From Macrostomum hystrix (taxonomy: Eukaryota > Animalia > Platyhelminthes): a stretch of 64,000 nt of DNA. The notes under the pieces were generated by a model, which saw only the letters and a list, made by a program, of their open reading frames with translations, was not told where the DNA came from and did not search any database. Position numbers and translations under genes: made by a program. This document shows positions 1 to 11,149 of this stretch, piece after piece; position 1 is the first letter of the stretch; every line of letters starts with the position of its first letter. Where the stretch lies: the NCBI GenBank assembly GCA_950097015.1, contig CATNEN010000038.1, positions 22,444,001 through 22,508,000 on the forward strand. The letters run 5' to 3'.

Positions 1-2450
1 GAAACAGCCGGTCTGACCATAACAGTGTAGATCCACCATAGAACGCAAGTGTTGCCAACCGCCCTGCGCAGCTGCGCCAGGATCGCAAAGGCCTTTTTGT
101 GTTTAGCGTGGGTCATGAGGAGTCTAGCTGAGCCTGTGATCGAGCGTTATGCCCAAGCATTTAGTTTGCTTCTGGAAGGTGATGTCCTTTCCATACAGCT
201 GGAGGGGGCGAATATGCCATTTGTTTTTGCTGGTGAACATGATCACCGCTGTCTTAGACTCGGAGAGCTTCAGACCACAGCGAGTTGCCTATCTTTCAGC
301 GTTGTTTTCGAGTTTTGCAGAAGGTCTCGGAGGGCTTCCGGTGCCGGGCCGGATGCCACTGCCGTAACATCATCCGCGTAGCCGACCTTTAGGATGGGGT
401 CCGGCTGAGAGTCCCGAATGAGCTCGTCGATAACCATATTCCAAAGAATTGGTGAGAGGACGCCGCCTTGTGGGCTACCTTTGCAGACAGTGACCGTCCG
501 CTGGTGTCTAAGAGGGTGCGCCGTAGCAGTGCGGTGGCGGACCATGTACATGATCCACCTCCTAAGATGCGAATGCGTGTGCCGCATACGTAGGGCCCTG
601 TCAAGCCGTTCGGCCCATTGGATTTAAAGGGGTTGAAGGACTGCAGGCTGCCTTGGTAACCCGGTCTTCAGTAATAATGGACGCCGCAAGGATATGACCT
701 TCCTCGGCATGATCCGGGGGGTCTGTCCCTGCTGGCACGCTGGGGAAGAAGGCTGTGAGCAAAGTGTCAAGCGTTTCCCCAGGGTTCTCGGTGGGTCGGC
801 CATCGGCCTTCCTCACCGTCGAAAGCTTGGACATATGGTCCAGCGTGAGGGCTTTGACGATTCTGGAGGTAGGGCGAATGCCCTCAAGCTCCTCACTCCT
901 CACAGTATTGTCGCCACTTGCTGTTTTTGGCGTTTCTGACTTCCTTCTTGAAGCTATGCTATGAACGGCTTTAAGATACGCAGCCTGATCAGCCTGGTTT
1001 TTAGTTTTGGTGGCCCTGCGGTGTAGCCGCTTCGCCGCTCGACGGAGCTCGCCGAGCTGCGGATTCCGCCATGGGGCAGACGTTTTGCCTCTGTAGGCTT
1101 TGAGGGGGCAGGAGGCCTCGAAGGCGGTGGTCAGCGAGTTAGTAAGAAACTCAGCTAGCTCATCCGCTTCATCGCAGGTGCGATGGGCTGAGGTTTCATT
1201 GGGTTCCTTCGAGGTTATACCTGAAGGCTTCCCAATCGGCGTTCCTAGCGTTCCTTTTCCAAGTGATCTGGATAGTGCAGCGTGCACCTGCCAGTTGGAA
1301 AGAGATATATTTGTGATCGGAGAGGGAGATCCGGCAGAACCTGCCACTCCCTAAGGCTCTGGTAAAGCCCAGGTGTGGCTAGAGTGGCGACAATGACCTC
1401 AGACCATCGGCCATTGTCGAAGGTCGGGGTGCTCCATTTGTTGCAGAACTCCAGGGGCGTGGTTAAGATGTAGGCAAGGAGGTCCTCGCCTCTCGAGTTA
1501 ATGTGAGAGCTCCTCCAGTGGGTGTGGTGGGTGTTGATATCGCCAGCCACCATGAGCTAATAGTTTTTGGCAGTGAATGTTTCAACCAGAGAAATCAGCT
1601 CCTCAGAGACTACCGGCCTATCGCCCGGTAGATAAACCGAGGCGATAAAGACGGTCTTTCCTGGGAGGATACTCTCCGACTGGATGACACAGGTGTCCCG
1701 ATCAGAGAGGTCGGGTCTGTGCCAGTTGAGAGAGTCTCTCACGAGGATGCACGCCCTGGGAGTTTGGTTCTCCCGGTGACGGCTGTTGTAGAAGCAGTGA
1801 TACCCATTGGGTACATTTTGAGGCTTACCTTTGTGAGTCCACGGCTCCTGGATGAGGATGAGACCCGGCGTGTTGAGCTCGACGTAGCGCATCAGATTGA
1901 CGGATGCAGCTATGCAGTGTTGCAGGTTAACCTGCAGGCAAGTGGTTCCAGTCAGACTATTCATGGTCTAACGGGAGACTCCTTGAGCAGCTCGTCCTCC
2001 TCGGAGGGGGTCGGGCTGCAGATCTCCATGAGTAACGGCGCGCCCGCATCCGCTGTGGTGGGAACGGCGGGAATCGTTGCGGAAAGCTGCTGCTCTGACC
2101 GCTGCGTGTCCCGGCCGCTCAACCCCACAACGGTGCAGTCGCTGCCATCACTCGACGTCTGAGGGAGATCCTCAGACCAGTCGGTGGCCACCGCTTCGTG
2201 GGTCCCGGCACTCTGCGGCTGGCTAGGATGGTGGAGGTTTGCGATTTTGCAGCGCTGGTTCGCTCCAGGTGCTCTCTGAGCGCCCGGGCTTCGCTGAGCG
2301 CACGCAAGACCAGGCCCGATTTGCGGTTGTTACGGGCTGGTTTGCGATCGCGAGGACCGGATTCGGCGATGCGGATATTCTTGCTCGGGCGGGGGTCCGC
2401 GGACGTTGCTTGCCGCTTTCGCCCCAGAGCCAGGAGCGGCCCGCTTGTCT
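1..2450 (-). mobile_element. Degenerate non-LTR retrotransposon (LINE, APE endonuclease + reverse transcriptase; R1/LOA-like), truncated by window edge
   Basis: Minus-strand ORF pieces 1557-1964 (QVNLQH, LIQEPW, ASVYLP), 1245-1553 (GDINTHH, TPTF) = AP endonuclease; 270-587 (GSPQGGVLSPILWN, YADD) = RT domains 4-5. Stop at 1557, frameshifts, and missing N-terminal RT subdomains indicate decay. Confidence 0.9.
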
Positions 2451-2765
2451 TTGTTTAATGACACAAAAGTACGATACAAATGGTGGCTGGTTGAAGCTTG
2501 TGTAATATTGCATTAATTTGAAATACAACTGAAAACATTAAGCCAGTATAGTACCTGGCTCGTTTCAATGGCAAACTTTGTTACCAGTTTTAAAATACCT
2601 TTCTGTAGGATATCATTGTCCAAAATGTCTATGGTAATTTAATTCAAGGCAATGACATTCATACAATGACCGGTCATTGTTTGGAATTTTTAGAATAATT
2701 TTTTTAAGTTAACGCGTATAGTTTAAACTTAACAAATGACAAACAAGTTTTAGTTTTAGTAAAAA

Positions 2766-3921
2766 TTAGTTAAACTTGCACTGATTAAACGTGCATCCAT
2801 TGAAACTGAACTGAACTGAAGTTGAACTGACAGGGTTGTCGTGACTATTGAAGCCGGTAAAGCACAGGCCCGATTGGATGGAGATAGTGGCATCCGAGTC
2901 AGGAGCAGGGATGGCGACGGACTCGTCTTGTTCAGCAACAGCCGAACCGGAAGCAGGGATGGCGACAGCATCCTCATCAGAGCGCAACTGAAGAGCAGAA
3001 GAAACCGATGCACTATTCTTCTGTAGGGAACGGTCACGCCGCCTCGCCAGATAGCGACGGGTTGTTCTCTCTGACGTAGATTCTGGCCTGTTTGTTGTCC
3101 TTGGTGGACTTGGCCTTCACAGGATCAGCAGGTTTGTTCTTCAATGGAAGCTTTGGTAGACAATAGTACTCTTTGCCATCTGCATCAGTGCGCAGCTCGA
3201 GGATGTCGCGTTTCTTCAGATATTTCAGATGCTCTTGTCCTCGCTCACCGAGACTGTACAGAATATAGAACAAGAACCTATCCTGCTCGGCTTCAGCGCT
3301 TCCGTCTCGAAAGTAATCTGCCAGCTTCGACATGTCGCCCTCTTCGATCGGCTCATACTGCTGGACGTCGCCTCCTTCTTGGTGAAACTTTCTTACCTGC
3401 ACTCGAAGCATATCGTTCGCTTGCTGGAACTCTACACCGGTGATGATGTTTACTTTCAATTTTCGAATTACACGCAGGTACCTCTGTATTCCTGCCCTGA
3501 TGCAGACTAGAGAAGCAGGCGAATATGACTTTCCATCCTGCCGCTTCAATTTAAAGTAGAAGTACCTTAAGTACTGATTGAGGGTTTCGGCCGGCACTTC
3601 TGAAACGTCTCGTAGTTTCTCACTCGCGAAGAGATTAAGGAAGCGTTCCCCGTGAATATACATCTGCTTCCTCGTTTCGGCAGGTAGGCTTTCAATTTCT
3701 ACTCGATCCATCTCGCTAACATCAAGTTGCTCGCCATCTAGGCACGGCAGTTCATCGTTAGAACGATCACTTTGAATATATTCAAGGAACGCTGCAAATT
3801 CGTCGTCGCGTCGGTCGATATTTGAAGTCTCGGAAATAAAGTTCAGTTCGAACGAGTCGACATTGCCTAATTCGTCGATAGGCAGATTGCACCAATTGAT
3901 TGGAAAATGAATGCCTTCCAT
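2766..3921 (-). pseudogene. Crypton-type tyrosine recombinase (DUF3504-like; KCTD1/KIAA1958-type), internally deleted
   Basis: ORF 3034-3921 has LNQYLRYFY..DGKSYSPASL..IRAGIQRYL and the catalytic-Arg motif GERGQE; a shifted frame from 3059 gives RRYL..(catalytic Tyr region) and the typical FNGCTFNQCKFN tail. The HxxR/GH segment between them is missing. Confidence 0.8.
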
Positions 3922-4178
3922 TCTATGAAATTGATTCTACTCGCCCGATGAACAGCGACTCTTTAAAACTCCGTCGTCTTGACCATAGACATATCATTCT
4001 CTATGATTTCGTGTGTTCTGCCGTTGTCTGGAACTGAACTAACTAATTTTTTCTAACCCTTGGGATTTCCCATAGACGTGGCAGATATTAAGATTAAGGC
4101 TTCGCCCCCACACCCCCATTTCCGTCCCCCACCCACTTTAATTTCTAACCCCTAGCTGACAATTTGGACAATGATGTC

Positions 4179-4273
4179 GTCTGGAATTGAGATTTCAGTT
4201 AATGGCCAAATTGACACTCGCGCGCTACGCACGCTCGTGTCTATGGCCATTAACTGAAATCTCAATTCCAGAC
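4179..4273. repeat. Hairpin with perfect 30-bp arms upstream of first recombinase
   Basis: GTCTGGAATTGAGATTTCAGTTAATGGCCA ... TGGCCATTAACTGAAATCTCAATTCCAGAC. Confidence 0.95.
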
Positions 4274-4740
4274 AACCACCCATTGTTGTCGAGCTTTATT
4301 TAGTCAGGATAAAGTGTGGCCGAGGACTATTAAGTGTGGCCGAGGACTTTTTAACATAGAATGCACATTAAACTACCGTGATATTATATGAAATCCGAAT
4401 TTTCGTTTGTAGCTTCTTCCTCTTTAGCGCGCTGAATGCGGTGCTGCCATCGGGAGTGTCGGGGCAAAGCCCCGACTGGGGGCGTGGGGGCAAAGCCCCC
4501 CACATTGGAACCAAAGAAAAATTTTCGATAAATTTAAGACACTGTTAGCTAGACGAAATCCGAATTAATTTTCTTATGTAGCTTTCTAATAAACCACACC
4601 GCGAAGAAAGAAGAATTTGATAGCGACAATATGTATCCCCCACTTGCCCGCCAACATTGTCTATGTCGTAACGCGTTTCGTTTATTTGCCCTAGGGCAAT
4701 AAATCATTTATTTCCCGCGCCCCCGCGCAAAACAGAACTT

Positions 4741-5304
4741 TTACCACAGACATAAGTCACACCCGTCTGGGGAAATAAACAAAGAAAGTGCAAAACGAGA
4801 ACGCTCGGAACCAAACACACCCTCCGTCCAGCAGTCATCTTCGATGGGCTTTGACACCGGGTCAGACTTCTTGAGCCCGACGCCCTTGCCCTCAGCAGTT
4901 GATAGCTTCATAGCAGCGTCCAACGCTCTTCTGCACTCGGCAAACTCGACATTCGTCCAGAGGCACCAGTCCTTGCGATGCACGTTGCGCATTTGGTATT
5001 GTAGCATTGAGAAGAAGTCCTTCAGGGTACCAGCCGAGTACCGTTCGTTCCGTTTTGTCCGGACCTCCAGGATAAACAACTTCAGGAGAAAGTTCAGGTC
5101 CGTCTTGTCAAACTCATCCATGTCCTTGATAACCATGATGGATGGTCCACCATTCGTCGCCCATTCTTGCTTCTTAAACGCGTGCCATTCATTGAAAGTA
5201 GACAGCATCCACTCGCATTTCTTTACGGTGTTCGGAGGGACCGTGCCGCCAATCATGGCCTCCGCCTCGGCCTCAGTCAAGCTTTCAAATCGAGGGCTAG
5301 ACAT
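4741..5304 (-). pseudogene. Second Crypton-type tyrosine recombinase (ZMYM/QRICH1/WOC-type DUF3504 N-terminal part), 3'-truncated
   Basis: RFESLT..VPPNTVKK..W..FNEW, LNFLLKLFILEVR..RY..GTL, EFAECRRALDAAMKL..EGKG..KKSDPVS..EDDCW..GVFG; breaks off before the catalytic Arg. ATG at 5304. Confidence 0.8.
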
Positions 5305-5305
5305 A

Positions 5306-5923
5306 TACAAGCGTCTGCTATTCTGTCCTGTTCTGTCTTTTTCGCATAAAGGCTGTCTTTTTTAGCGTCTACCCTCCTCTCGGATTTTGATTTTCACCAT
5401 AGACTACAGACAGCGCGTAGCAAGAAACAGAAGACTTAAAGTGCAATGAAAGTCGGCAGCCAAGTGGGGGATACATACCATCTCTCCCACTTATTTCGGC
5501 TGTCTAGGGTGCAAAGGCACTCGGCGCGAATTTCATTGACCTCGGCTTCGCCTCGGTCAATATACCATTAATACCCATGCTTTAAGGGCGTTAATGGAAA
5601 ATCAGAGGGCGCCGTTAGGCGCCCGAGGATTTTTCATTAACGCCCGCAAAGATTGGGTATTAATTTTATTGACCGAGGCGAAGCCGAGGTCAATGAAATT
5701 CGCGCCGAGTGCCTTTGCACCCTAGACAGCCGAAATAAGTGGGAGAGATGGTATGTATCCCCCACTTGGCTGCCGACTTTCATTGCACTTTAAGTCTTCT
5801 GTTTCTTGCTACGCGCTGTCTGTAGTCTATGGTGAAAATCAAAATCCGAGAGGAGGGTAGACGCTAAAAAAGACAGCCTTTATGCGAAAAAGACAGAACA
5901 GGACAGAATAGCAGACGCTTGTA
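5306..5923. repeat. 618-bp palindrome: 257-bp arms (5306-5562 / 5667-5923) around a 104-bp imperfect hairpin
   Basis: Arms read as exact reverse complements by eye; apex GGGCGCC-GTTA-GGCGCCC. Confidence 0.95.
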
Positions 5924-6263
5924 GACGTTAGCTTGTAGCTAATTAGACGTTTTTGCCCAAGCTATACTTTCAGAGTCAGAGACGGGGGTGTGGGGCAGAG
6001 CCCCCATTTCGGGGTGCCATAGACATTTTAGCCTCAGTAAGCCATTCCTATTGGTCGATGCCTTTTTGCGGGCGGTTAATGGCTATTAACTGCCCGCAAG
6101 AAAATTACCGAGCATTAATTCATCTATGGCCATTAACGGGCAAGACTTTCTGCCCGCCGGGCAAAAAGGTCATGGTACAATAAATTTGCGCCTCGAGCCT
6201 TTACACCCTGGCAGCCGAAATAAGTGGGAAAGATTATACATTTACAGACGCAGAATAGTATAT

Positions 6264-6358
6264 TATTACCCAGGCTTTCAGGGCGATAATGGGAAAGCCA
6301 GAGGGCGCCGAAGGCGCCCGAGGGATTTCTCATTATCGCCCGCAAAGCCTGGGTAATA
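6264..6358. repeat. Imperfect hairpin paralogous to the palindrome centre (5567-5664)
   Basis: TATTACCCAGGCTTT..GGGCGATAATG..GGGCGCC-GAA-GGCGCCC..CATTATCGCCC..AAAGCCTGGGTAATA. Confidence 0.9.
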
Positions 6359-6363
6359 CTGTG

Positions 6364-6519
6364 ATTGTACCATAGACTATGTGGCTTATAGTATGTGGCT
6401 ATACGTTAAAATACACAAAAATAATCCATTATCGGCCCAACTTTTCGGGCCAAAATGACATCGTCTATGGCAATAATCGAATATCAGCCCGCCCGATAGC
6501 CACGTAGTCATGGTACAAT
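6364..6519. mobile_element. Small MITE-like element
   Basis: ~22-bp imperfect terminal inverted repeats ATTGTACCAT(A)GACTAYGTGGCT; same end motif GTCATGGTACAAT also at ~6169-6181. Confidence 0.55.
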
Positions 6520-6534
6520 TTGCTAGTGTAACAC

Positions 6535-8025
6535 CAAGGACAACTTAATAACTCAGGACCGGAAACGAGCCAATTCATGGCGAAAAAAGTATGAGGCTCG
6601 TTTAAAAGCATTGTTCTATGGCCCATCCGTATGCGCATGCTTTCAGTTGCGAATGTATACTCGTATCATATTTGACTTTTTAATAGGCAGTCAGAAGGCG
6701 GGTGCAGGGTCGGTTTTCTTAAATGTTGAATAGTTTTATTACATAAAAAACGTCGTGAAAATACACAATGGGAAAGCTGTACATGCAGCACATGTATAAG
6801 GAAACTCGAGAAAAATTTACGATTCTTTCTTCATCTGAACTGCAAACAGAGAGGAAAATAACAGTCACATAACGGGACAAGAGCTGACTATGATTAATAG
6901 TAAAGTGTTTGCTCCAGGTTCGCTCACTGTCCACTCAGCTTAAGAATAGAAACGTTCTTAGATAATGCCCTCACCTCACTTTCGACGTCTGCACTGTAGA
7001 GTTTTTACAACGATTTATGATAGCTTCAAGTTGCGACCAATACTTTAATGTTGGTTGAAATCCAAGCAGATCTCGAACCGCAACTGGTGAATGTAACCGA
7101 AAGCATCGTACGGAATAGTTTGGTGAAACGAAAACTCGCAGAACCATTTCGGCATTGGCGCTTAACGAGAAGATAAACACCTCCTCTTGAACAATGGTAA
7201 CAATAAGCTGATGTGCTTTGATGACGTCTGAACAGTGAATGGATGCTCGGAATTCAGTCCACGATGGCAGCGTGTCACGCTCTCGAAATTCTACTAGTTC
7301 ATCTAGGAAAAGGCATCGTTCGGACAACAGCACGCCTCTTCCCTCAGCCTGTCGACTGGCACGCACTGCAATATCCAAGCGCGCATCTTAGTGGTTCGTT
7401 TCGACCCTATTTGATGCAGTACAAATACGCTCGAATATTTGAATTAAAGCAGTAGAACTTCACAAACCTTGTGTTTGAACGAGGCAAGACTGCGGGACTC
7501 CGTCGAAAACTGATGGTGGATGTAGCGGCCTTTCATTTCTTCCCTTTTTTATCATTGGGGCATCTTGAGGCCAGTGCTTAGCACACACGCCCATGTAGTC
7601 TGTCACGGTCTAAACAACAACAAAATTGTTAATGAATTCATGTGGCCAGGCTAAATCTGATTAGCAAAGCACATTTGAAGAAAGTCTTACCGTCAGTTGA
7701 TTAGGCAGAGACAGTCGCCAAGCCTCTCGTTCAGTTGCATGTTTAGGAAACGAAAATACTGTAACATTCCGATCACGGTTACTATTGTAGTTTGAACAAC
7801 AGAAAATAACGCTGCATTTTCTCGGCATGATATTTAGTTTCAGCTAGCAAGAATAAAAGTTCTCTCTCTCAATTGCAAGTGCATGCGAAGAACTCAATTT
7901 TCAGCTCAGATTTCTTCGCTTTCGTAGCTTTGGATGGGCCATAGAACAATGCTTTTAAACGAGCCTCATACTTTTTTCGCCATGAATTGGCTCGTTTCCG
8001 GTCCTGAGTTATTAAGTTGTCCTTG
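6535..8025 (-). mobile_element. Non-autonomous P-superfamily DNA transposon (THAP retained, catalytic domain deleted)
   Basis: 94-bp TIRs 6535-6628 / 7932-8025 starting CAAGG; 8-bp TSD TGTAACAC (6527-6534, 8026-8033); spliced THAP ORF inside. Confidence 0.92.
6971..7828 (-). CDS. THAP zinc-finger N-terminus of P-element transposase (exons 7828-7691, 7609-~7468, further exon including ORF 6971-7378)
   Basis: MPRKCSVIFC..FSFPK..REAW | TVTDYMGVCAKHW..PPSVF = C2CH THAP signature; phase-0 GT-AG intron. Confidence 0.8.
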
Positions 8026-8407
8026 TGTAACACACTAAAAGTGGGGGAACGAACCTCGCGCTGGCAGACCGAGACCGGTTTAAGCCATAGACTAGGCGTT
8101 CCTGGCAAAGTATTAGCCCAATAACTGTCAATAAAATAAGCAGTAAGATTTTAAAAGAAAGAACAAGAAAGAACAAGTGCAGATAAATGAACTTGCAGCA
8201 ACACAACTTGGTCAAAGCTTCGAAATAAAGCAGATTGTGCCTTTCATTAGATTCGCTGTGAACAGTGTTACTCTCTGGATCATCAAATCATATCGCAGGT
8301 GCCGATTCATTCCAATAGGACACCATAGTGAATCCACTATAATTTCTGGGTTGATTTCAGTGGCACAAATTTTTACTGATTTTGAAATTTTCAAACTGGT
8401 CAAGGCC

Positions 8408-11149
8408 ATGCTTCTACTGATCATGGCACTGCAAGTTTCCATGGCATCTGCAGCCTGTGAGTTGCCAATTCGCAGGTATCAAGTGCTCAACTCCTGGCAG
8501 TCGTCCTTTGAGAAGATCAACGGAGTACCGTCTTGCTTCAACAAAACAAGCTACCCAGAAGAGAAATCAACAATTTGGGATGTTTTCACCGGCTACGCAG
8601 TCATCCGTACATTGCTTAATAATTATACCCCCAGCTACGCGTTCTTCCGCAGCGAAGACAGAAGCCAAGCAGACGGAGGATTTCATTGGTTCGCAGTGCA
8701 ACTGAATGAGTCAGTGCTCATCAGATCAGTTACTGTAAAGGGCATAGAGGGTGAGTCACTGCTCAATTTTTCCATGCCAGCAGCTTCCACTGCTTAGTCG
8801 TGAAGTTCTCACTTTTAGATGGCGCTACACATCTCTACCCGAGAGCCAGAGACATCGAGATCTGGACATCGAGCAGCAGCAGTCAACTGTTCTCAGGTGA
8901 TCACTGCAGCTCAAGAAACATGAGCAGCCAGTTCAGAGAGTCTCAGCAGCTCTGGAGACGGTGCGGCCTGACGGTGAGCAAGCAGGCGCGTATCGAGGCT
9001 GGTGAGATCTTCACCGTGAACTGCTTAGCTGAGGTGAGACCTGCTCTGTGCCTTGAGTTGTGCTCTGATGAGTTCTGGATCCCACTGAGATTTCATCTGA
9101 ACTCCAGGTAAGACACTTGCTGCTGCGAAGGAACATTTCTGTGTCACCTAATAATGAGGCCTACATGAGCTTCGCAGATCTCAGGCTTCAGACTGTGCAG
9201 CTGAGTGAGTTCGGGTCTTTCACTATGGACCTATTGTTGTGAAAGGGAAATTCATAAATTTCCTTGATTTAGCAATGTAGATTGGATGATTTGTAAATCT
9301 CCAGAATCCTCAGCGCCTCAGCTGGTGCCTCAGAGCTCAAAGTTCAGTGTGAGCTGCTTGCTGCACTGCAGCGATGGAGTAAAACTCAACTCGAGCTCAA
9401 GCGAGCTGCAGCTGTGCACTCCCAACGGCAGCTGCATAAATGGCCATGAGCTGCACATTGGCAGTGCTCAGCCTGAGCACTCCGGTGTCTACAGGTGCAG
9501 ATTCGGATCGTTTGCAAAAACATCCACTGTCAGTGTGCTGAGTGAGTTCACTTTTAAAGTAATTTCTCAAGCAGGAAGTGCACAAGTTGAGTTTTAAATG
9601 TCAATGGTAACTTATTTTCCAGCGACGTCGGTAGATCAGGTGGTGGCCCTCAAGTCGATGTTCTCTGTGAGCTGCGAGATGCACTGCAACAGCTCAATGC
9701 TGTGCTCAAACTCAAGCGGACTCCAGCTCTGCCTTCCGAACGGTACCTGCATTGCAGAACACAAGACTGCAGTGGCTCAAGCTCTGCCTGATCACTCTGG
9801 AAAGTACTCTTGCAGACTTGGCTCTGTCAGCAGGCAGACCTCAGTCACCGTGCTCTGTGAGCAGATTTTTTACTTTCTTTTAACGAATTATAAGGGCCTG
9901 AAAGCGGGACATTTAAAATTTAACACCTTAAAATTCCCACCAGACCCGCCATCGAGTCTATCGATAAAATTCCTGGAAAGCTGCAAAAGCATGGCAAGAA
10001 TAACGGTACAGTTCAGATCATCGGCTTCTCACCCAATGCCTGAGCACACGTGCAACTTTCAAGCTGGCGAACTCAATGGAAAAAATGTCTCTCTGCTTGA
10101 ACTTGTGAGTTGCATTCCGTATGATTCTTGAAAGACTTGGTCGCAACTCACTGTACTATATGAAACTGCAGGTGCCAGACAACAGGGGCCTCCTTACCAC
10201 GTGGTCGCTCGACAGCGGTGTTGAGCATGACATGAGCAGGAGCGAAGTCTTTGTCAACTGCAGTGCGGCACAGAACCTCCCTGAGAACATGACTTTCGGC
10301 TCACCTGCTTACACCACGGCTCGACTCGTCTGCCCTGGGGCTGGGCTCACGACTTTCACGATTGCTGTCTCAGCCACCATCGTTTTGGTTGTTGTGTCAG
10401 TCGTCTGCGCTGCATGCTTTCTGCTCATCTCGAAGGTCAGTGCATGAAAATGTGGCGATCGTGCCCTTCAGCAGCTGACGGCTCTGAATCTTTCCATTGC
10501 AGCTCCGAGTGCCGTCAACTGAGCCTTCAGCAGCCGGGCTCAACCTAAGCTCAGGCATTCAGGAGGAATCTAAAGTGTCACCTGATGTGTCTCAACCTGC
10601 TAATTAGGTGGGTCAACGAGTCACTTAGACTTCAGCGAGCAAACAGGGACAGTCCTGTCCGAGAAATGCCACGTTGCTTATCCATTAATCTCGATGGCTA
10701 CTTGGCAACAATGGCTACTTGGCTACAATGGCTACTTGGCTACAATGGCTACTTGGCTACAGTGGCTACTTGGCTACAATGGCTACTTGGCTACAATGGC
10801 TATTTGGCTACAATGGCTACTTGGCTACAATGGCTACTTGGCTACAATGCTACTTGTCAGTAGTGTTTTTGTTTCATTTCCGAAACTGAATGAGTGCTCA
10901 AGGCTGCTCTGATTTCAGAAAACTAACGGCTTCGAGTCCGAGTGCTGCTACTTGATTGTTAGCATACCAGCGACTGCTGCTGCTGGTGCTGCTGTGGAGG
11001 GGCAGGACACAGACAGCGACTGCTGCACTGACTACATTGAGATTGTTGCTGTGGGCGATCTTTTTCGTGATCAGCCAGAGATTCATCACAACTGCACATT
11101 TTTGAGTGATTTTAGAGCTCGAAATTCTTGCATAGCTTTGCAATTCTGA
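8408..11149 (+). CDS. Type I membrane receptor: signal peptide, F-type-lectin/F5-8C-like domain, three Ig-like domains, TM, Tyr-motif tail (in-frame TAG at 10605-10607 before last exon)
   Basis: Phase-consistent exons 8408-8750, 8819-9033, 9108-~9204, 9304-9541, 9622-9856, 9944-10104, 10172-10435, 10503-10607, 10919-11149. Ig motifs FSVSC..HSGVYRC and FSVSC..DHSGKYSC; TM IAVSATIVLVVVSVVCAACFLLI; AATAAA at ~11217. Confidence 0.8.
10694..10857. repeat. 17-bp minisatellite (ATGGCTACTTGGCTACA)n in last intron of receptor gene
   Basis: Direct tandem copies. Confidence 0.95.
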
